This document shows positions 15,609 to 25,998 of a stretch of 64,000 nucleotides of DNA, in pieces. This DNA is from Mycoplasma sp. CAG:776. GTDB lineage: Bacteria; Bacillota_I; Bacilli_A; RF39; UBA660. How positions within the stretch are numbered: the first letter of the stretch is position 1; every line of letters begins with the position of its first letter. The position numbers and the translations under genes are program-made. Below the pieces are notes generated by a model that did not search any database, was not told where the DNA came from, and was given only the letters and a program-made list of their open reading frames with translations. The stretch covers positions 55,922 to 119,921 of the forward strand of contig FR903066.1 in the NCBI GenBank assembly GCA_000438195.1. The letters are read 5' to 3'.

Positions 15609-17567
15609 CTATTCTACAATATTCTTTTTAAATCCAAAGTAAGTAGCCATAAAATAAACGAAATAAATCATCAAGAATAAAACTAAATTACTAAAGAAAT
15701 AAACAAGATACACTTTATCATTAGTTAAAACAATTTGAAATAAATCATTTAAAGATGTAATCGTACAAATACTAACGATAACTGGATAAATAAGAGGAAA
15801 CAAGAAAAATAATAATAATTGTTTCCGAACCGTTTTAAATAGCTTTCTATCCTTTACACCTAATTTTCTTAATACCGTATAACGATATTTATATTTAGTC
15901 GAATCACTTAAAGATTGAATAGCCAAAATAGTTCCTACAACTGCTGTAAAGATAAAAGCAACATAATAGAATACAAAGGAACTAATAGTCATAAAACCAT
16001 TATTGTTAGCTTCCTCTTGTCCTCTTACTACTATATTAGATAGAGAATAGCAAATCTGATAACCATATTCATTTTCTTCGCAAAAATCTGGAGCCGCAAG
16101 TCGAATAAGACTATTAGCAAAATCTTCGGTTGTATCTTCTTTCGTATCCACAATTAAATGACTTTCACTAATACTTAATCCTTCTACTGCATAATCCGGA
16201 ACAATAATCACGAATCCATAACCATAAGCCCAAGAAGAAGTATATCCTTCCGTTCTAAACTCTTTTTGATGTAAAGAAACACCATTAGATAAAGTAATAT
16301 TTTTTAAATCTGAAATATTTAAAGTATCCTTCCATTCTCTAGTAACATGTAAAATATATTCATCTTTATTTAATGTGACTGGATCCATTCCTTTCATTTC
16401 TAGTAGTTTGTTATAATCACTTAGCCTTAATACCAAATCATGACTTCTCCAAGAATCACTTAAATATTGAATGACATTATTATTAGTGTCTTGATAAGCA
16501 TCATAAGTAAATTTTTCTAAAATCGTATACTCTTCTTCAATGAAACTCAAATAATTTTGATATTGTTCTTTATCATCAGCAATATTAATATCATAAGGAG
16601 CATTCGCCTCAATTTGATAATCAAACATTCCTTTAAATAAACTAGACATATTTAAAGCTACTAAAGTTAAAGTAATTAATACAGTTAATGTTCCTAAAGT
16701 AAAACTCATGGTTCGCACTTTAGATTGAAAAGTACGAGCTACAAATAAATTATCTTTATTATATTTAAGTTTTTTTCTTTTCAAAACTAAATTTAAGAAA
16801 AAATCAGCTAAAGTAAAAGTAACACCATAAATGCTAATAATCATAAGTCCTAAACATAGGAATATCATTCCCATATTAGGCTCAATTCCAATAATAAATT
16901 GTTGATCGAATAAATAAATAGCTAAAATTCCAAGAATTAAAGAAAAAATAAATCCTAAATTACGCACATTTTTATTTTTAACCATTTTCTTTTCATTTAC
17001 TTTTTCCCAATATAGCAAATCATAAACCTTTATTTTTTTAAATCTTCTTCTAGCTAAGAATAAAATAATAAGATAAATAATTCCAAAATAAAGAATGGAA
17101 AGAAATAAAGCATTAAAGTTAAAATCCATTAATACTTGATATGGTAGATCAAAAATATTCATGATTACTGCTGAAAATAAACAGCTTAGAACATATCCAA
17201 CCGGAATAGAAATAAGAAAAGATAAAATTCCTAAAAAGAGATTTTCCAAAGTAAACATTCTAGAAATTTGTTTTTTCTTAATTCCCAAAACCATATAAGT
17301 ACCAAACTCATGACTCCTCTTTGAAAACATAAACTTAGTGGTATAATTAATTAAAAAAGAAACAACTAAAATAATAAATATATTTACAACATACATCACA
17401 TATTTAAAATTATCCATTACACTACTAAGTTCTAACACATCTTTAGAATTAGAAATAAGATTAAATGCAAAGATAAAAGAAAATGCCAAAGTAACAGTAA
17501 TTAAATAAATTACATAATCTCGAATGCTTCTTTTAGCATTGCGAAAAGAAAGCTTACTTAACATCAT
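15609..17567 (-). CDS. Second BceB-type FtsX-family ABC permease
   Basis: 652 aa with the same architecture and N-terminus (MMLSKLSFRNAKRSIRDYVIYL) as 1420-3483. It overlaps its ATPase gene. Confidence 0.85.
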   Translation of the reverse strand: MMLSKLSFRNAKRSIRDYVIYLITVTLAFSFIFAFNLISNSKDVLELSSVMDNFKYVMYVVNIFIILVVSFLINYTTKFMFSKRSHEFGTYMVLGIKKKQISRMFTLENLFLGILSFLISIPVGYVLSCLFSAVIMNIFDLPYQVLMDFNFNALFLSILYFGIIYLIILFLARRRFKKIKVYDLLYWEKVNEKKMVKNKNVRNLGFIFSLILGILAIYLFDQQFIIGIEPNMGMIFLCLGLMIISIYGVTFTLADFFLNLVLKRKKLKYNKDNLFVARTFQSKVRTMSFTLGTLTVLITLTLVALNMSSLFKGMFDYQIEANAPYDINIADDKEQYQNYLSFIEEEYTILEKFTYDAYQDTNNNVIQYLSDSWRSHDLVLRLSDYNKLLEMKGMDPVTLNKDEYILHVTREWKDTLNISDLKNITLSNGVSLHQKEFRTEGYTSSWAYGYGFVIIVPDYAVEGLSISESHLIVDTKEDTTEDFANSLIRLAAPDFCEENEYGYQICYSLSNIVVRGQEEANNNGFMTISSFVFYYVAFIFTAVVGTILAIQSLSDSTKYKYRYTVLRKLGVKDRKLFKTVRKQLLLFFLFPLIYPVIVSICTITSLNDLFQIVLTNDKVYLVYFFSNLVLFLMIYFVYFMATYFGFKKNIVE

Positions 17568-18321
17568 TCATATCTCCCCCAAGAAGTGTCAAAACATCAA
17601 GTATTTCATTGAAAAATTCTTTTCTTGTCTTCTCACCCTTCAATATTTCATTAAATATTTTCCCATCTTTAATAAAGATTACTCTCTTACAAAAACTAGC
17701 ACTAAAAGCATCATGAGTTACCATAAGAATTGTAGCTTGTAACTTCTCATTCATTTCACTCATCGTCTCTAAAAGCATCCGTGAAGCCTTTGAATCAAGT
17801 GCTCCTGTTGGTTCATCCGCCAAAATAAGTTTAGGCTCATTAATTAAAGCTCTTGCACAAGCACATCGTTGTTTTTGACCACCACTTACTTCATAAGGAA
17901 ATTTATCTAAAATCATACCAATATCTAATCTTTTAGCAATTTCTTCTACTTTCTTATCAACACTCAAGATATCTTCATGATTAATAATTAAAGACAGAGC
18001 AATATTTTCTTCAATCGTAAGTGTATCGAGTAAGTTAAAATCTTGAAAGATAAAACCTAAATTAAATCTTCGAAAATCGGCTAACTCTTCTTCCTTTAAA
18101 GTTGTAATATCTTGTTTACCAATAAAAATATTACCACTTGTTACCGTATCAATAGTAGAAATACAATTAAGAAGAGTTGTTTTTCCACTACCACTCGCTC
18201 CCATGATAGCCACAAATTCCCCTTCTAAAACTTGAAAGCTAATTCCATCTACAGCTTTCGTAATATTTCCTCTATTACCATAATATTTTTTTAAATGATT
18301 TACTGTTAAAATTTGTTCCAT
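17554..18321 (-). CDS. Second BceA-type ABC ATP-binding protein
   Basis: GASGSGKTT, VSGGQKQR, ILADEPTGALD. The start was moved to MEQILTVNHL (ATG 18321). Upstream lies a 10-bp stem hairpin AAAACTGTAA/TTACAGTTTT and an extended -10 TGATATAAT. Confidence 0.9.
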   Translation of the reverse strand: MEQILTVNHLKKYYGNRGNITKAVDGISFQVLEGEFVAIMGASGSGKTTLLNCISTIDTVTSGNIFIGKQDITTLKEEELADFRRFNLGFIFQDFNLLDTLTIEENIALSLIINHEDILSVDKKVEEIAKRLDIGMILDKFPYEVSGGQKQRCACARALINEPKLILADEPTGALDSKASRMLLETMSEMNEKLQATILMVTHDAFSASFCKRVIFIKDGKIFNEILKGEKTRKEFFNEILDVLTLLGGDMNDVK

Positions 18322-18380
18322 TTCATCCATCACCGCTACCATTATATCAAACAAAAACTGTAAAAAGTATTACAGTTTTG

Positions 18381-19307
18381 TTATATTGCAATTAAAGTAA
18401 TTTCCGTTGGATAAATATTACCACCATAATAACGTAAATAAAACTGATAAGTAGAATCTATCTCTTGAATCATTTGAGGAATTTTAAAAAGATCTTCATT
18501 ATTATGATATACCGAGATAAAAAGTTTAGGATGTTCGTTCTTAATATGCTCTTTTGCTCCTTCAAGAGCCTTTTGTTCAAATCCTTCAATATCAGCTTTA
18601 ATCATCGTAATTTCCTCACAAATATCCGAATCTAACGAAACAACAGGTATACTACCCGTATCATCCGAAATTAATGTATTCGCTGAACTACTAACTGCAT
18701 TATGAATAAGATTCATAGTACAATTTTCATTTCCTACTCCTTTTAAACGACATTCAACACGTTCTAAATCCTTAACGTTATCTTCTAAAATAGTAAAAGT
18801 ATCAGGCGTAATTTCATAAGCATAAATTTTTTGATAACTATCTTTTCCATAATTATTTACAAAAGATAAAATAGTATCTCCCGTATAAGCACCCAAATCC
18901 ACCATTACTTCTTGATTACATTCTGGTACTAAATCTAAATCAAAATAATCGTCAAAAGCTTTTTCTCGAACTTGTTCTAAAGTTAGAAAATCAAAACATA
19001 CCCAATTATTTAAAATAGCATATAAAGTTTTTTTAGAACGATAATCACTTAATAGTTCATATAATTTTTCAAAATCACTTAAATGTTCTTTCAAAGCTTT
19101 CGCTTTCCATTCTATTTCTTCATAGCAACTTTCCTCTATATTCATTCTTCCCCAATAAAGAAAATCATTAAAGAAATTCATCATACTAACCTTTGTCTCT
19201 AAGGGAACTTTCTCAAAAGAAGTACGCATTTGATAATATAATTCTGCTTCACTATAACCTTTAATTTTCTTCATCAATTCTTGAAATTTTTGATCAATAC
19301 AATTCAT
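18381..19307 (-). CDS. FkbM-family SAM-dependent methyltransferase
   Basis: VDLGAYTGDT (SAM motif I) and IKADIEGFEQKALEGA are typical of FkbM-type methyltransferases. Confidence 0.7.
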   Translation of the reverse strand: MNCIDQKFQELMKKIKGYSEAELYYQMRTSFEKVPLETKVSMMNFFNDFLYWGRMNIEESCYEEIEWKAKALKEHLSDFEKLYELLSDYRSKKTLYAILNNWVCFDFLTLEQVREKAFDDYFDLDLVPECNQEVMVDLGAYTGDTILSFVNNYGKDSYQKIYAYEITPDTFTILEDNVKDLERVECRLKGVGNENCTMNLIHNAVSSSANTLISDDTGSIPVVSLDSDICEEITMIKADIEGFEQKALEGAKEHIKNEHPKLFISVYHNNEDLFKIPQMIQEIDSTYQFYLRYYGGNIYPTEITLIAI

Positions 19308-19355
19308 ATTTCAACTCCTCAAGTTAAATATATGAAAAAGAATAAAATTTATCCC

Positions 19356-21980
19356 CTATTCATCTTTAAAATATTTCCCTAATAAAGTTTTTAATAATTC
19401 TAATACCACAAAAGTAAAGATATTAAGAACAATAACCAATAAAAATTCTCCTATATGAATGGCTGTTAAAGAAAATATTTGACCAACTGGTGTTAAAAAA
19501 ACAAGTAATTGAATGATAAAAAGAATAAAAATGCCAATATTCAAATATCGATTAGAAAAATATCCTCTATCTTTAATTTGTTCCTTTAAACTACGACAAT
19601 TATAAGCAAAAATAAATTCATTAATAACAACACTAAGTAAAGCTAAAGTTTGAGCAAGTTCTAAGGATTTACTAACAAAAATAGCATAGACAATCATAGA
19701 AATACCAGCTTCAATAATAACGGATGAAATAAGAAAAGAAAGAAAATAAGGTGTAAAAATAGGTCGGTTAATTCCATTTGGCTTTCGCTTCATGTTATTT
19801 TTTGAAGCACCTTCAAAAGCTAACATAATAGAAGGAATAGTATCCGCTACTAAATCAATATATAAAACATGAAGGGGTAAAATAATACTTTGACCAAGAA
19901 ACATTCCAATGATAATGATAACAATCTCAGTAAAATTACTAGACAAATTATATAAAACATTACTAATTACATTATCATAAATTCTTCGACCTTCATCTAC
20001 AGCAGTAACAATCGTTGAAAAACTATCATCTAATAAAAGAATATCCGCAACATTTTTCGTAACATCTGTTCCACTTTTACCCATACCAACACCAACATTA
20101 GCTAACTTCATCGCTGGAGCATCATTTACTCCATCTCCACTCATAGCAACAACTTTCCCCTGTTTTTTTAAAGCGGTAACAATAAAATATTTCTGTTCTG
20201 GTGTAACTCGTGCAAAAACATGATATTGTTGTACTAAACGATCGACCTCTTCTTGAGTAATATGTTGTAACTTACTAAATTCAATGCCATCTTCTTTTGT
20301 TTCGCTAATTCCTACTTCTTTACTAATCGCTAGAGCTGTTTCTAAATTATCACCAGTAATCATATAAACATCAATACAAGCTTCTTTACACTTTTTAATA
20401 GCTTCTTTAACATCAGGGCGTGCTGGATCTTTAAAACCAATTAAACCAACAAAAATAAGTTTTTGTTCTTCTTTTGATAGTTCTTTTTCCTCTTCTGTTA
20501 AAGAAGAAATTTCTCTATAAGCTAGCGCAATTACTTTCAAAGCTTGATTAGAATATCTTTGTTCTACTTCTTCTAAACGTTTTCGATCATCCATAGTAAT
20601 TTCTCTTACTTTTCCATGATCCAAAATAAATAAACAACGTGAAGAAATAGCATCAAAGCTTCCTTTGGCATACAGAATATTTTCTTTATCTCCTTTATAT
20701 ATTGTACTCATCATTTTACGGTTAGAATCAAAAGGGATTTCCATAAGTCTAGTAAAATTTTTCTCCATTTTCTCTTTACTAAACCCCTGCTTTTTTAAAT
20801 AATTAGCACAAGCCACTTCTAAAGCATCTCCATAATATTCTTTTTTAGCATCCATTACAGCATTATTGCAAAATGCCATAATTTGTACAAAAAAGGGATT
20901 TTCTGCACAAGAAAATTGTTCACTAGTATAATCATTTTGATTAGTATGTAATAAAATTACTTCCATTTGATTAGTTGTAATCGTTCCTGTTTTATCCGAG
21001 CAAATAACTTCTGTAGCTCCTAAAGTTTCAATCGCTGCCATATTTTGAACCACAGCTTTTCTCTTAGCCATTGCTTTTACACCAATCGACAAAGTTGCCG
21101 TAATGGCAATCGGTAAAGACTCTGGAACACTAGCTACTATCATAGAAATAGCAAGCATAATTAAAACTAAAACATCATAATCTTGAACAATTCCAAAAAT
21201 TAAAACAAAAGCCACTAAAAAAATAGCAAGTATAGAAATAAAAGTACTGATCTGATTAACTTTCACTTGAAGTGGTGTAACAGGTTCTTCCGTTTTATTT
21301 AAAGAATCTGCAATAACCCCCATTTCCGTTTTCATTCCTGTACGAGTAACAACAGCCAAAATTTTTCCTGTAACAACATTCGTACCTGCAAAAACCATAT
21401 TACTCATTTCATGAATACTTTTATTTTCTTCCAAAACATCATCAGTTTTACTAACATAATCACTTTCACCCGTTAAAATGGATTCATCTACTTTAGCAAA
21501 CATTGCCTCTATAATTCGAGCATCTGCCGGAACTTTATCCCCAGCTTCTAACAAAAGAATATCTCCTATTACTAAATATCTAGAATCCACCTCTTTTTGA
21601 ATACCATCTCTTATAACCGTTACTTTCGTCGCAGTATATTTTTTTAAATTTTCTATCGTATCTAAAGCTTTACTTTCTTGAAAATATCCCATTAAAATAT
21701 TAACGAATGTACATCCTAAAATAACTATAGGATCCAAATAATCCTCTCCACTATAAAAGGCATAAAATAAAGAAAGAACACCTACAACAAGCAATAGAAT
21801 AATCATCAAATTTTTAAATTGTTTTAAAAAAAGACTAAATTTTGTTTTCTTTTTTCCATCCAAAATAATATTATATCCATATTGCTTTAATCTTTTTTGT
21901 GCTTCTTCTTCACTTAAACCATTTTCATTTGTTCTTAAACTCTTATAAATTTCCTCTATTTTCTTATGATAAAAATTCAA
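19356..21980 (-). CDS. P-type cation-transporting ATPase (P2, Ca2+-ATPase-like)
   Basis: LTGESD, phosphorylation site CSDKTGTITTN, MITGDN, GDGVNDAPA; about 10 TM segments; 874 aa. Confidence 0.9.
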   Translation of the reverse strand: MNFYHKKIEEIYKSLRTNENGLSEEEAQKRLKQYGYNIILDGKKKTKFSLFLKQFKNLMIILLLVVGVLSLFYAFYSGEDYLDPIVILGCTFVNILMGYFQESKALDTIENLKKYTATKVTVIRDGIQKEVDSRYLVIGDILLLEAGDKVPADARIIEAMFAKVDESILTGESDYVSKTDDVLEENKSIHEMSNMVFAGTNVVTGKILAVVTRTGMKTEMGVIADSLNKTEEPVTPLQVKVNQISTFISILAIFLVAFVLIFGIVQDYDVLVLIMLAISMIVASVPESLPIAITATLSIGVKAMAKRKAVVQNMAAIETLGATEVICSDKTGTITTNQMEVILLHTNQNDYTSEQFSCAENPFFVQIMAFCNNAVMDAKKEYYGDALEVACANYLKKQGFSKEKMEKNFTRLMEIPFDSNRKMMSTIYKGDKENILYAKGSFDAISSRCLFILDHGKVREITMDDRKRLEEVEQRYSNQALKVIALAYREISSLTEEEKELSKEEQKLIFVGLIGFKDPARPDVKEAIKKCKEACIDVYMITGDNLETALAISKEVGISETKEDGIEFSKLQHITQEEVDRLVQQYHVFARVTPEQKYFIVTALKKQGKVVAMSGDGVNDAPAMKLANVGVGMGKSGTDVTKNVADILLLDDSFSTIVTAVDEGRRIYDNVISNVLYNLSSNFTEIVIIIIGMFLGQSIILPLHVLYIDLVADTIPSIMLAFEGASKNNMKRKPNGINRPIFTPYFLSFLISSVIIEAGISMIVYAIFVSKSLELAQTLALLSVVINEFIFAYNCRSLKEQIKDRGYFSNRYLNIGIFILFIIQLLVFLTPVGQIFSLTAIHIGEFLLVIVLNIFTFVVLELLKTLLGKYFKDE

Positions 21981-22033
21981 GTTTGATCACCTATGATAAG
22001 TATATCATAAAAATAAAGAAAAAAAGAAAAAAA

Positions 22034-22933
22034 CTAATTTTTTTCTTTTAAATATTGAATAACATTCATAGCAGCTACTGTTCCATCAGCAACAGCAGTT
22101 GTAAGTTGACGAATTTTTTTATTCCGAACATCTCCTGCAACAAAGACCCCTTTAATATTAGTATAGCAATCTTCGCCAGAAGAAATGTATCCATCAAGGT
22201 TCAAATCCAATAAATTTATAAATTCTTGTGTTTCTGGCTTTTGACCTATAGCCAAAAAGACTCCTGCCACATCCAAAACTTTCTCTTTATCTTTATCTCT
22301 TACCACTACTCCAGTAATATCTTGATCTCCTAAATATTGAATAATTTGAGTTTCATATAAAACAACAATATTCTTTTTAGATAAAACTTCTTTAATAACT
22401 ATATCTTCGCCCTTTAAACGATTAGATCTTACAATTAAATAAACCGTTCTAGCAATATCACTCAAATAACTAGCATTAATTAGAGCCGAAGAAGATCCCC
22501 CTACTACAGCAACATCTTTATCTTTATAAAAAGCTCCATCACAAGTAGTACAAAAAGAAATACCATTACCAATAAATTCCTTTTCACGTTCAAGATGTAA
22601 CATATTATATTTCGTTCCAGTTGCAATAATAATTGATTTCGTTAAATAATCACCTTCATCCGTAATGACCCTTAACGGATCCTCCTGAATAGTAGTTGCT
22701 TCTTCAATATCAATATTTCCTCCAAGATTAACTACTTGCTCATATAACTGATCAGCCAAATGAGCTCCACTTATAGATAAAAAACCAGGATAGTTATCAA
22801 CTCGAGAAGAAGAGGCTATTTTTCCTCCTATAGTCTCTTTCTCGATGATTTTAATTTTTTTATTTTCACGTAACAAATAAATAGCTGCCGTAAGACCTGC
22901 CGGACCTGCTCCAATAATAATAGAATCAAACAT
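22034..22933 (-). CDS. trxB: Thioredoxin-disulfide reductase
   Basis: GAGPAG FAD motif, redox-active CTTCDG, and GDV...Q near the C-terminus. The start overlaps the nrdD stop. Confidence 0.9.
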   Translation of the reverse strand: MFDSIIIGAGPAGLTAAIYLLRENKKIKIIEKETIGGKIASSSRVDNYPGFLSISGAHLADQLYEQVVNLGGNIDIEEATTIQEDPLRVITDEGDYLTKSIIIATGTKYNMLHLEREKEFIGNGISFCTTCDGAFYKDKDVAVVGGSSSALINASYLSDIARTVYLIVRSNRLKGEDIVIKEVLSKKNIVVLYETQIIQYLGDQDITGVVVRDKDKEKVLDVAGVFLAIGQKPETQEFINLLDLNLDGYISSGEDCYTNIKGVFVAGDVRNKKIRQLTTAVADGTVAAMNVIQYLKEKN

Positions 22934-25293
22934 TATTTACTTCCCAAATACTTTTTAATATCTGAAACATTAAGATATTTTTCAACTTTTGAATCATGTA
23001 TTACAATTAAAGTTGGCGCTTGTTTCACATTAAACTCTTTACTAAGTTCTATTTCTTTTTCAGCATCAATAGTAGTATATTTCACTTTCGCTTTATCAAG
23101 CAAAGATTTAGCAACCTTACAATTAGGACAATCTTTTTTAGTAAATAACATGATTCCATCTTCTAAAGAACATTCAAAGTTTTGTTCACATGAATTTTGT
23201 TCTTGCTTATGAGCTAAACAAGAATTTTCTAAATCATAAACTTTACGATTTTTATACTCCTCAGCTTTTCCATCATTCCAATTTTTAACTGGTCTATAAT
23301 ATCCTGTAATTCGACTATAAACTTCCGTTTCTTTTCCACAAATAGGACATTTAAATTCTTCACCATTAATATATCCATGAGTTGCACAAACAGAATAAGT
23401 AGGAGATAAAGTATAATATGGTAATTTATAATTTTCAGCAATAGTTCGAACTAATTTAGCAGCTGCTTTCCAATCTCTTAAGCGCTCGCCTAAAAACGCA
23501 TGAAATACCGTACCTGAAGTATATAAAGTTTGTAATTCATCTTGAACATCTAATGCTTCAAAAATATCGTCTGTAAAATCTACTGGCAAATGAGAACTAT
23601 TTGTATAATAAGGAGTATGATCAGGCTCACTAGCCGTTATAATATTTGGATATAACTCTCTATCATGCTTAGCAAAACGATAAGTAGTTGATTCAGCTGG
23701 AGTAGCTTCAAGATTATAAAGATCGCCATATTCTTCTTGATAATCACTCAACTTATCACGCATAAAATTAAGAACATCCTTAGCAAATTCCTGAGTCTTC
23801 TTATTAGTTAGATCTGCTTTCAACCAATTCGCATTAAGCCCTACTTCGTTCATACCAATTAATCCAATAGTTGAGAAATGATTATTAAAAGTTCCTAAAT
23901 ATCTTTTCGTATAAGGATATAATCCCTCATCTAATAACTTAGTAATAACATTTCTTTTTATCTTTAAACTTCTTGCCGCAACATCCATCAATTTTTCAAG
24001 TCTAATATAAAAATCTTTTTCATCAGTTGCAAGATAAGCTATTCTTGGCAAATTAATTGTAACAACTCCAATTGATCCCGTTGATTCTCCACTACCAAAA
24101 AAGCCACCTGATTTTTTTCTTAATTCTCTTAAATCAAGACGAAGACGACAACACATAGAACGAACATCACTAGGTTCCATATCACTGTTAATGTAATTTG
24201 AGAAATATGGTGTACCATATTTAGCAGTCATTTCAAATAACAATTTATTATTTTCTGTCTCGCTCCAATCGAAGTCTTTCGTAATAGAATAAGTTGGAAT
24301 AGGATATTGAAATCCTCTACCATTCGCATCTCCTTCAACCATAACTTCAATAAAGGCTTTATTAATCATATCCATTTCTTTTTGACAATCTTTATATTTA
24401 AAATCTACTTCTTTTCCTCCAATAATACAATTAAGTTCAGCAAGATCATTTGGTACAACCCAATCAAGAGTAACATTAGTAAATGGAGCTTGTGTTCCCC
24501 ATCTACTTGGAGTATTAACACCATATATAAAAGATTGAACACACTGCTTTACTTCATAATAACCTAATTTATCAGCTTTAACAAACGGAGCAAGATAAGT
24601 ATCAAAACTTGAGAAAGCTTGAGCTCCAGCCCATTCATTTTGCATAATTCCTAAAAAGTTAACCATTTGATTACACAAAGTAGATAAATGCTTTGCTGGT
24701 GATGATGTAATTTTCCCTGGAACTCCTCCAAGACCTTCTTGAATAAGTTGTTTTAAACTCCAACCAGCACAATACCCTGTAAGCATAGATAAATCATGTA
24801 AATGAATTGCTCCACTTCGATGTGCATTAGCAATTTCTTCATCATAAACTTCACTCAACCAATAATTAGCTGTTATAGCCCCACTATTACTTAATATAAG
24901 TCCTCCAACAGAATAAGTAACCGTAGAATTTTCTTTAACTCGCCAATCTGTTACATTAATATAACTATTAACTACATCTTTATAATCAAGTAATGTTGAT
25001 TTCATATTTCGCATTTTTTCATGTAACTTACGATATAATATGTAAGATTTTGCCACATCAGCATATCCAGCAGCAATTAAAACTGCTTCAACACTATCTT
25101 GAATATCTTCCACAGCAATAATATTATCTTTCAATTTTGGCTCAAAATCAGCCGTAACTTTTAATGCTAAAAAATCAATAACATTATCATCATACTTTCT
25201 ATCTACTGAATCAAAAGCTTTCTTAATCGCCTCATCAATCTTTCTAATATCAAAAGATACAACTTTTCCTTCTCTTTTCCTTACTTTATACAT
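22933..25293 (-). CDS. nrdD: Anaerobic ribonucleoside-triphosphate reductase (class III) with C-terminal glutaredoxin/NrdH-like domain
   Basis: ATP-cone N-terminus, CCRLRLD loop, Zn ribbon CPICGKE, and glycyl-radical tail SRITGYYRPVKNWNDGK. About 90 extra residues follow, containing MLFTKKDCPNCKVAK...APTLIV (a CPxC thioredoxin fold). The start was moved to ATG 25293 (GGGAGGAG SD 8 nt upstream); the track start is an in-frame GTG. Confidence 0.9.
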   Translation of the reverse strand: MYKVRKREGKVVSFDIRKIDEAIKKAFDSVDRKYDDNVIDFLALKVTADFEPKLKDNIIAVEDIQDSVEAVLIAAGYADVAKSYILYRKLHEKMRNMKSTLLDYKDVVNSYINVTDWRVKENSTVTYSVGGLILSNSGAITANYWLSEVYDEEIANAHRSGAIHLHDLSMLTGYCAGWSLKQLIQEGLGGVPGKITSSPAKHLSTLCNQMVNFLGIMQNEWAGAQAFSSFDTYLAPFVKADKLGYYEVKQCVQSFIYGVNTPSRWGTQAPFTNVTLDWVVPNDLAELNCIIGGKEVDFKYKDCQKEMDMINKAFIEVMVEGDANGRGFQYPIPTYSITKDFDWSETENNKLLFEMTAKYGTPYFSNYINSDMEPSDVRSMCCRLRLDLRELRKKSGGFFGSGESTGSIGVVTINLPRIAYLATDEKDFYIRLEKLMDVAARSLKIKRNVITKLLDEGLYPYTKRYLGTFNNHFSTIGLIGMNEVGLNANWLKADLTNKKTQEFAKDVLNFMRDKLSDYQEEYGDLYNLEATPAESTTYRFAKHDRELYPNIITASEPDHTPYYTNSSHLPVDFTDDIFEALDVQDELQTLYTSGTVFHAFLGERLRDWKAAAKLVRTIAENYKLPYYTLSPTYSVCATHGYINGEEFKCPICGKETEVYSRITGYYRPVKNWNDGKAEEYKNRKVYDLENSCLAHKQEQNSCEQNFECSLEDGIMLFTKKDCPNCKVAKSLLDKAKVKYTTIDAEKEIELSKEFNVKQAPTLIVIHDSKVEKYLNVSDIKKYLGSK

Positions 25294-25314
25294 ACTTTTT
25301 TCTCCTCCCACTTA

Positions 25315-25998
25315 CTATAAAGTCCGAATTTCTATTTTAGGAAACTGTTTTTTAAGTTCCCCATAAATAAATAATAATTCTTCATAACTAAAGCCATGTA
25401 ACTCATGGTTAATTACGTCACGACTATCTTCAAAATTTTGCAAATAATAAACATCATCCCCAATCAATTCACAAATATTTCTAATATCTTCTAACTGATG
25501 CATTTCTTTAATAATCGTTGTTCGAAATTCATGAGCAACACTGCTCCTTTTAATAATTTCAATACTTCTTTTTATATTTTCCAAATTTACTTTTTTACCA
25601 GCAGTTATAAAATATTTACTAAAAACATTTTTAATGTCCATAGCCACATAATCAACTAATTGATGTGTTAATAAAAATTCTAGCATTTCAGGATTACTTC
25701 CATTTGTATCTAATTTCACTAGCAAACCTAATTGTTTTATTTTCTCAATAAATAAAGGAATATCTTTATGAATTAATGGTTCTCCTCCTGTAATTACAAC
25801 ACCATCTAACACATTCTTCCGACGCTTTAAATAATGAAACAATTCCTCTTCCGAATAGTTTTCATCTCCATTTAAAGGAATCAAACTAGAATTTTGACAG
25901 AAAGGGCATTTAAAATTGCATCCTCTTGTAAATATTTCACAAGCAATATGCCCCGGATAATCTAAAAGAGTAACTTTTTGAATTCCGGCAATCAACAT
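25315..25998 (-). CDS. nrdG: Anaerobic RNR activating radical-SAM enzyme
   Basis: CNFKCPFCQN radical-SAM cluster motif, GGEPL, 227 aa, lying between the two NrdD-type genes. Confidence 0.9.
   Translation of the reverse strand: MLIAGIQKVTLLDYPGHIACEIFTRGCNFKCPFCQNSSLIPLNGDENYSEEELFHYLKRRKNVLDGVVITGGEPLIHKDIPLFIEKIKQLGLLVKLDTNGSNPEMLEFLLTHQLVDYVAMDIKNVFSKYFITAGKKVNLENIKRSIEIIKRSSVAHEFRTTIIKEMHQLEDIRNICELIGDDVYYLQNFEDSRDVINHELHGFSYEELLFIYGELKKQFPKIEIRTL

Noticed and set aside
17524-17742. 72-aa plus-strand ORF across the ABC ATPase/permease junction.
   Set aside because: Antisense to two overlapping, motif-bearing genes; no start context.
23229-24567. Two small ORFs (23229-23441 minus, 24307-24567 plus) within nrdD.
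   Set aside because: They are out-of-frame or antisense to a gene with complete NrdD motifs. Such ORFs are typical artefacts of AT-rich DNA.
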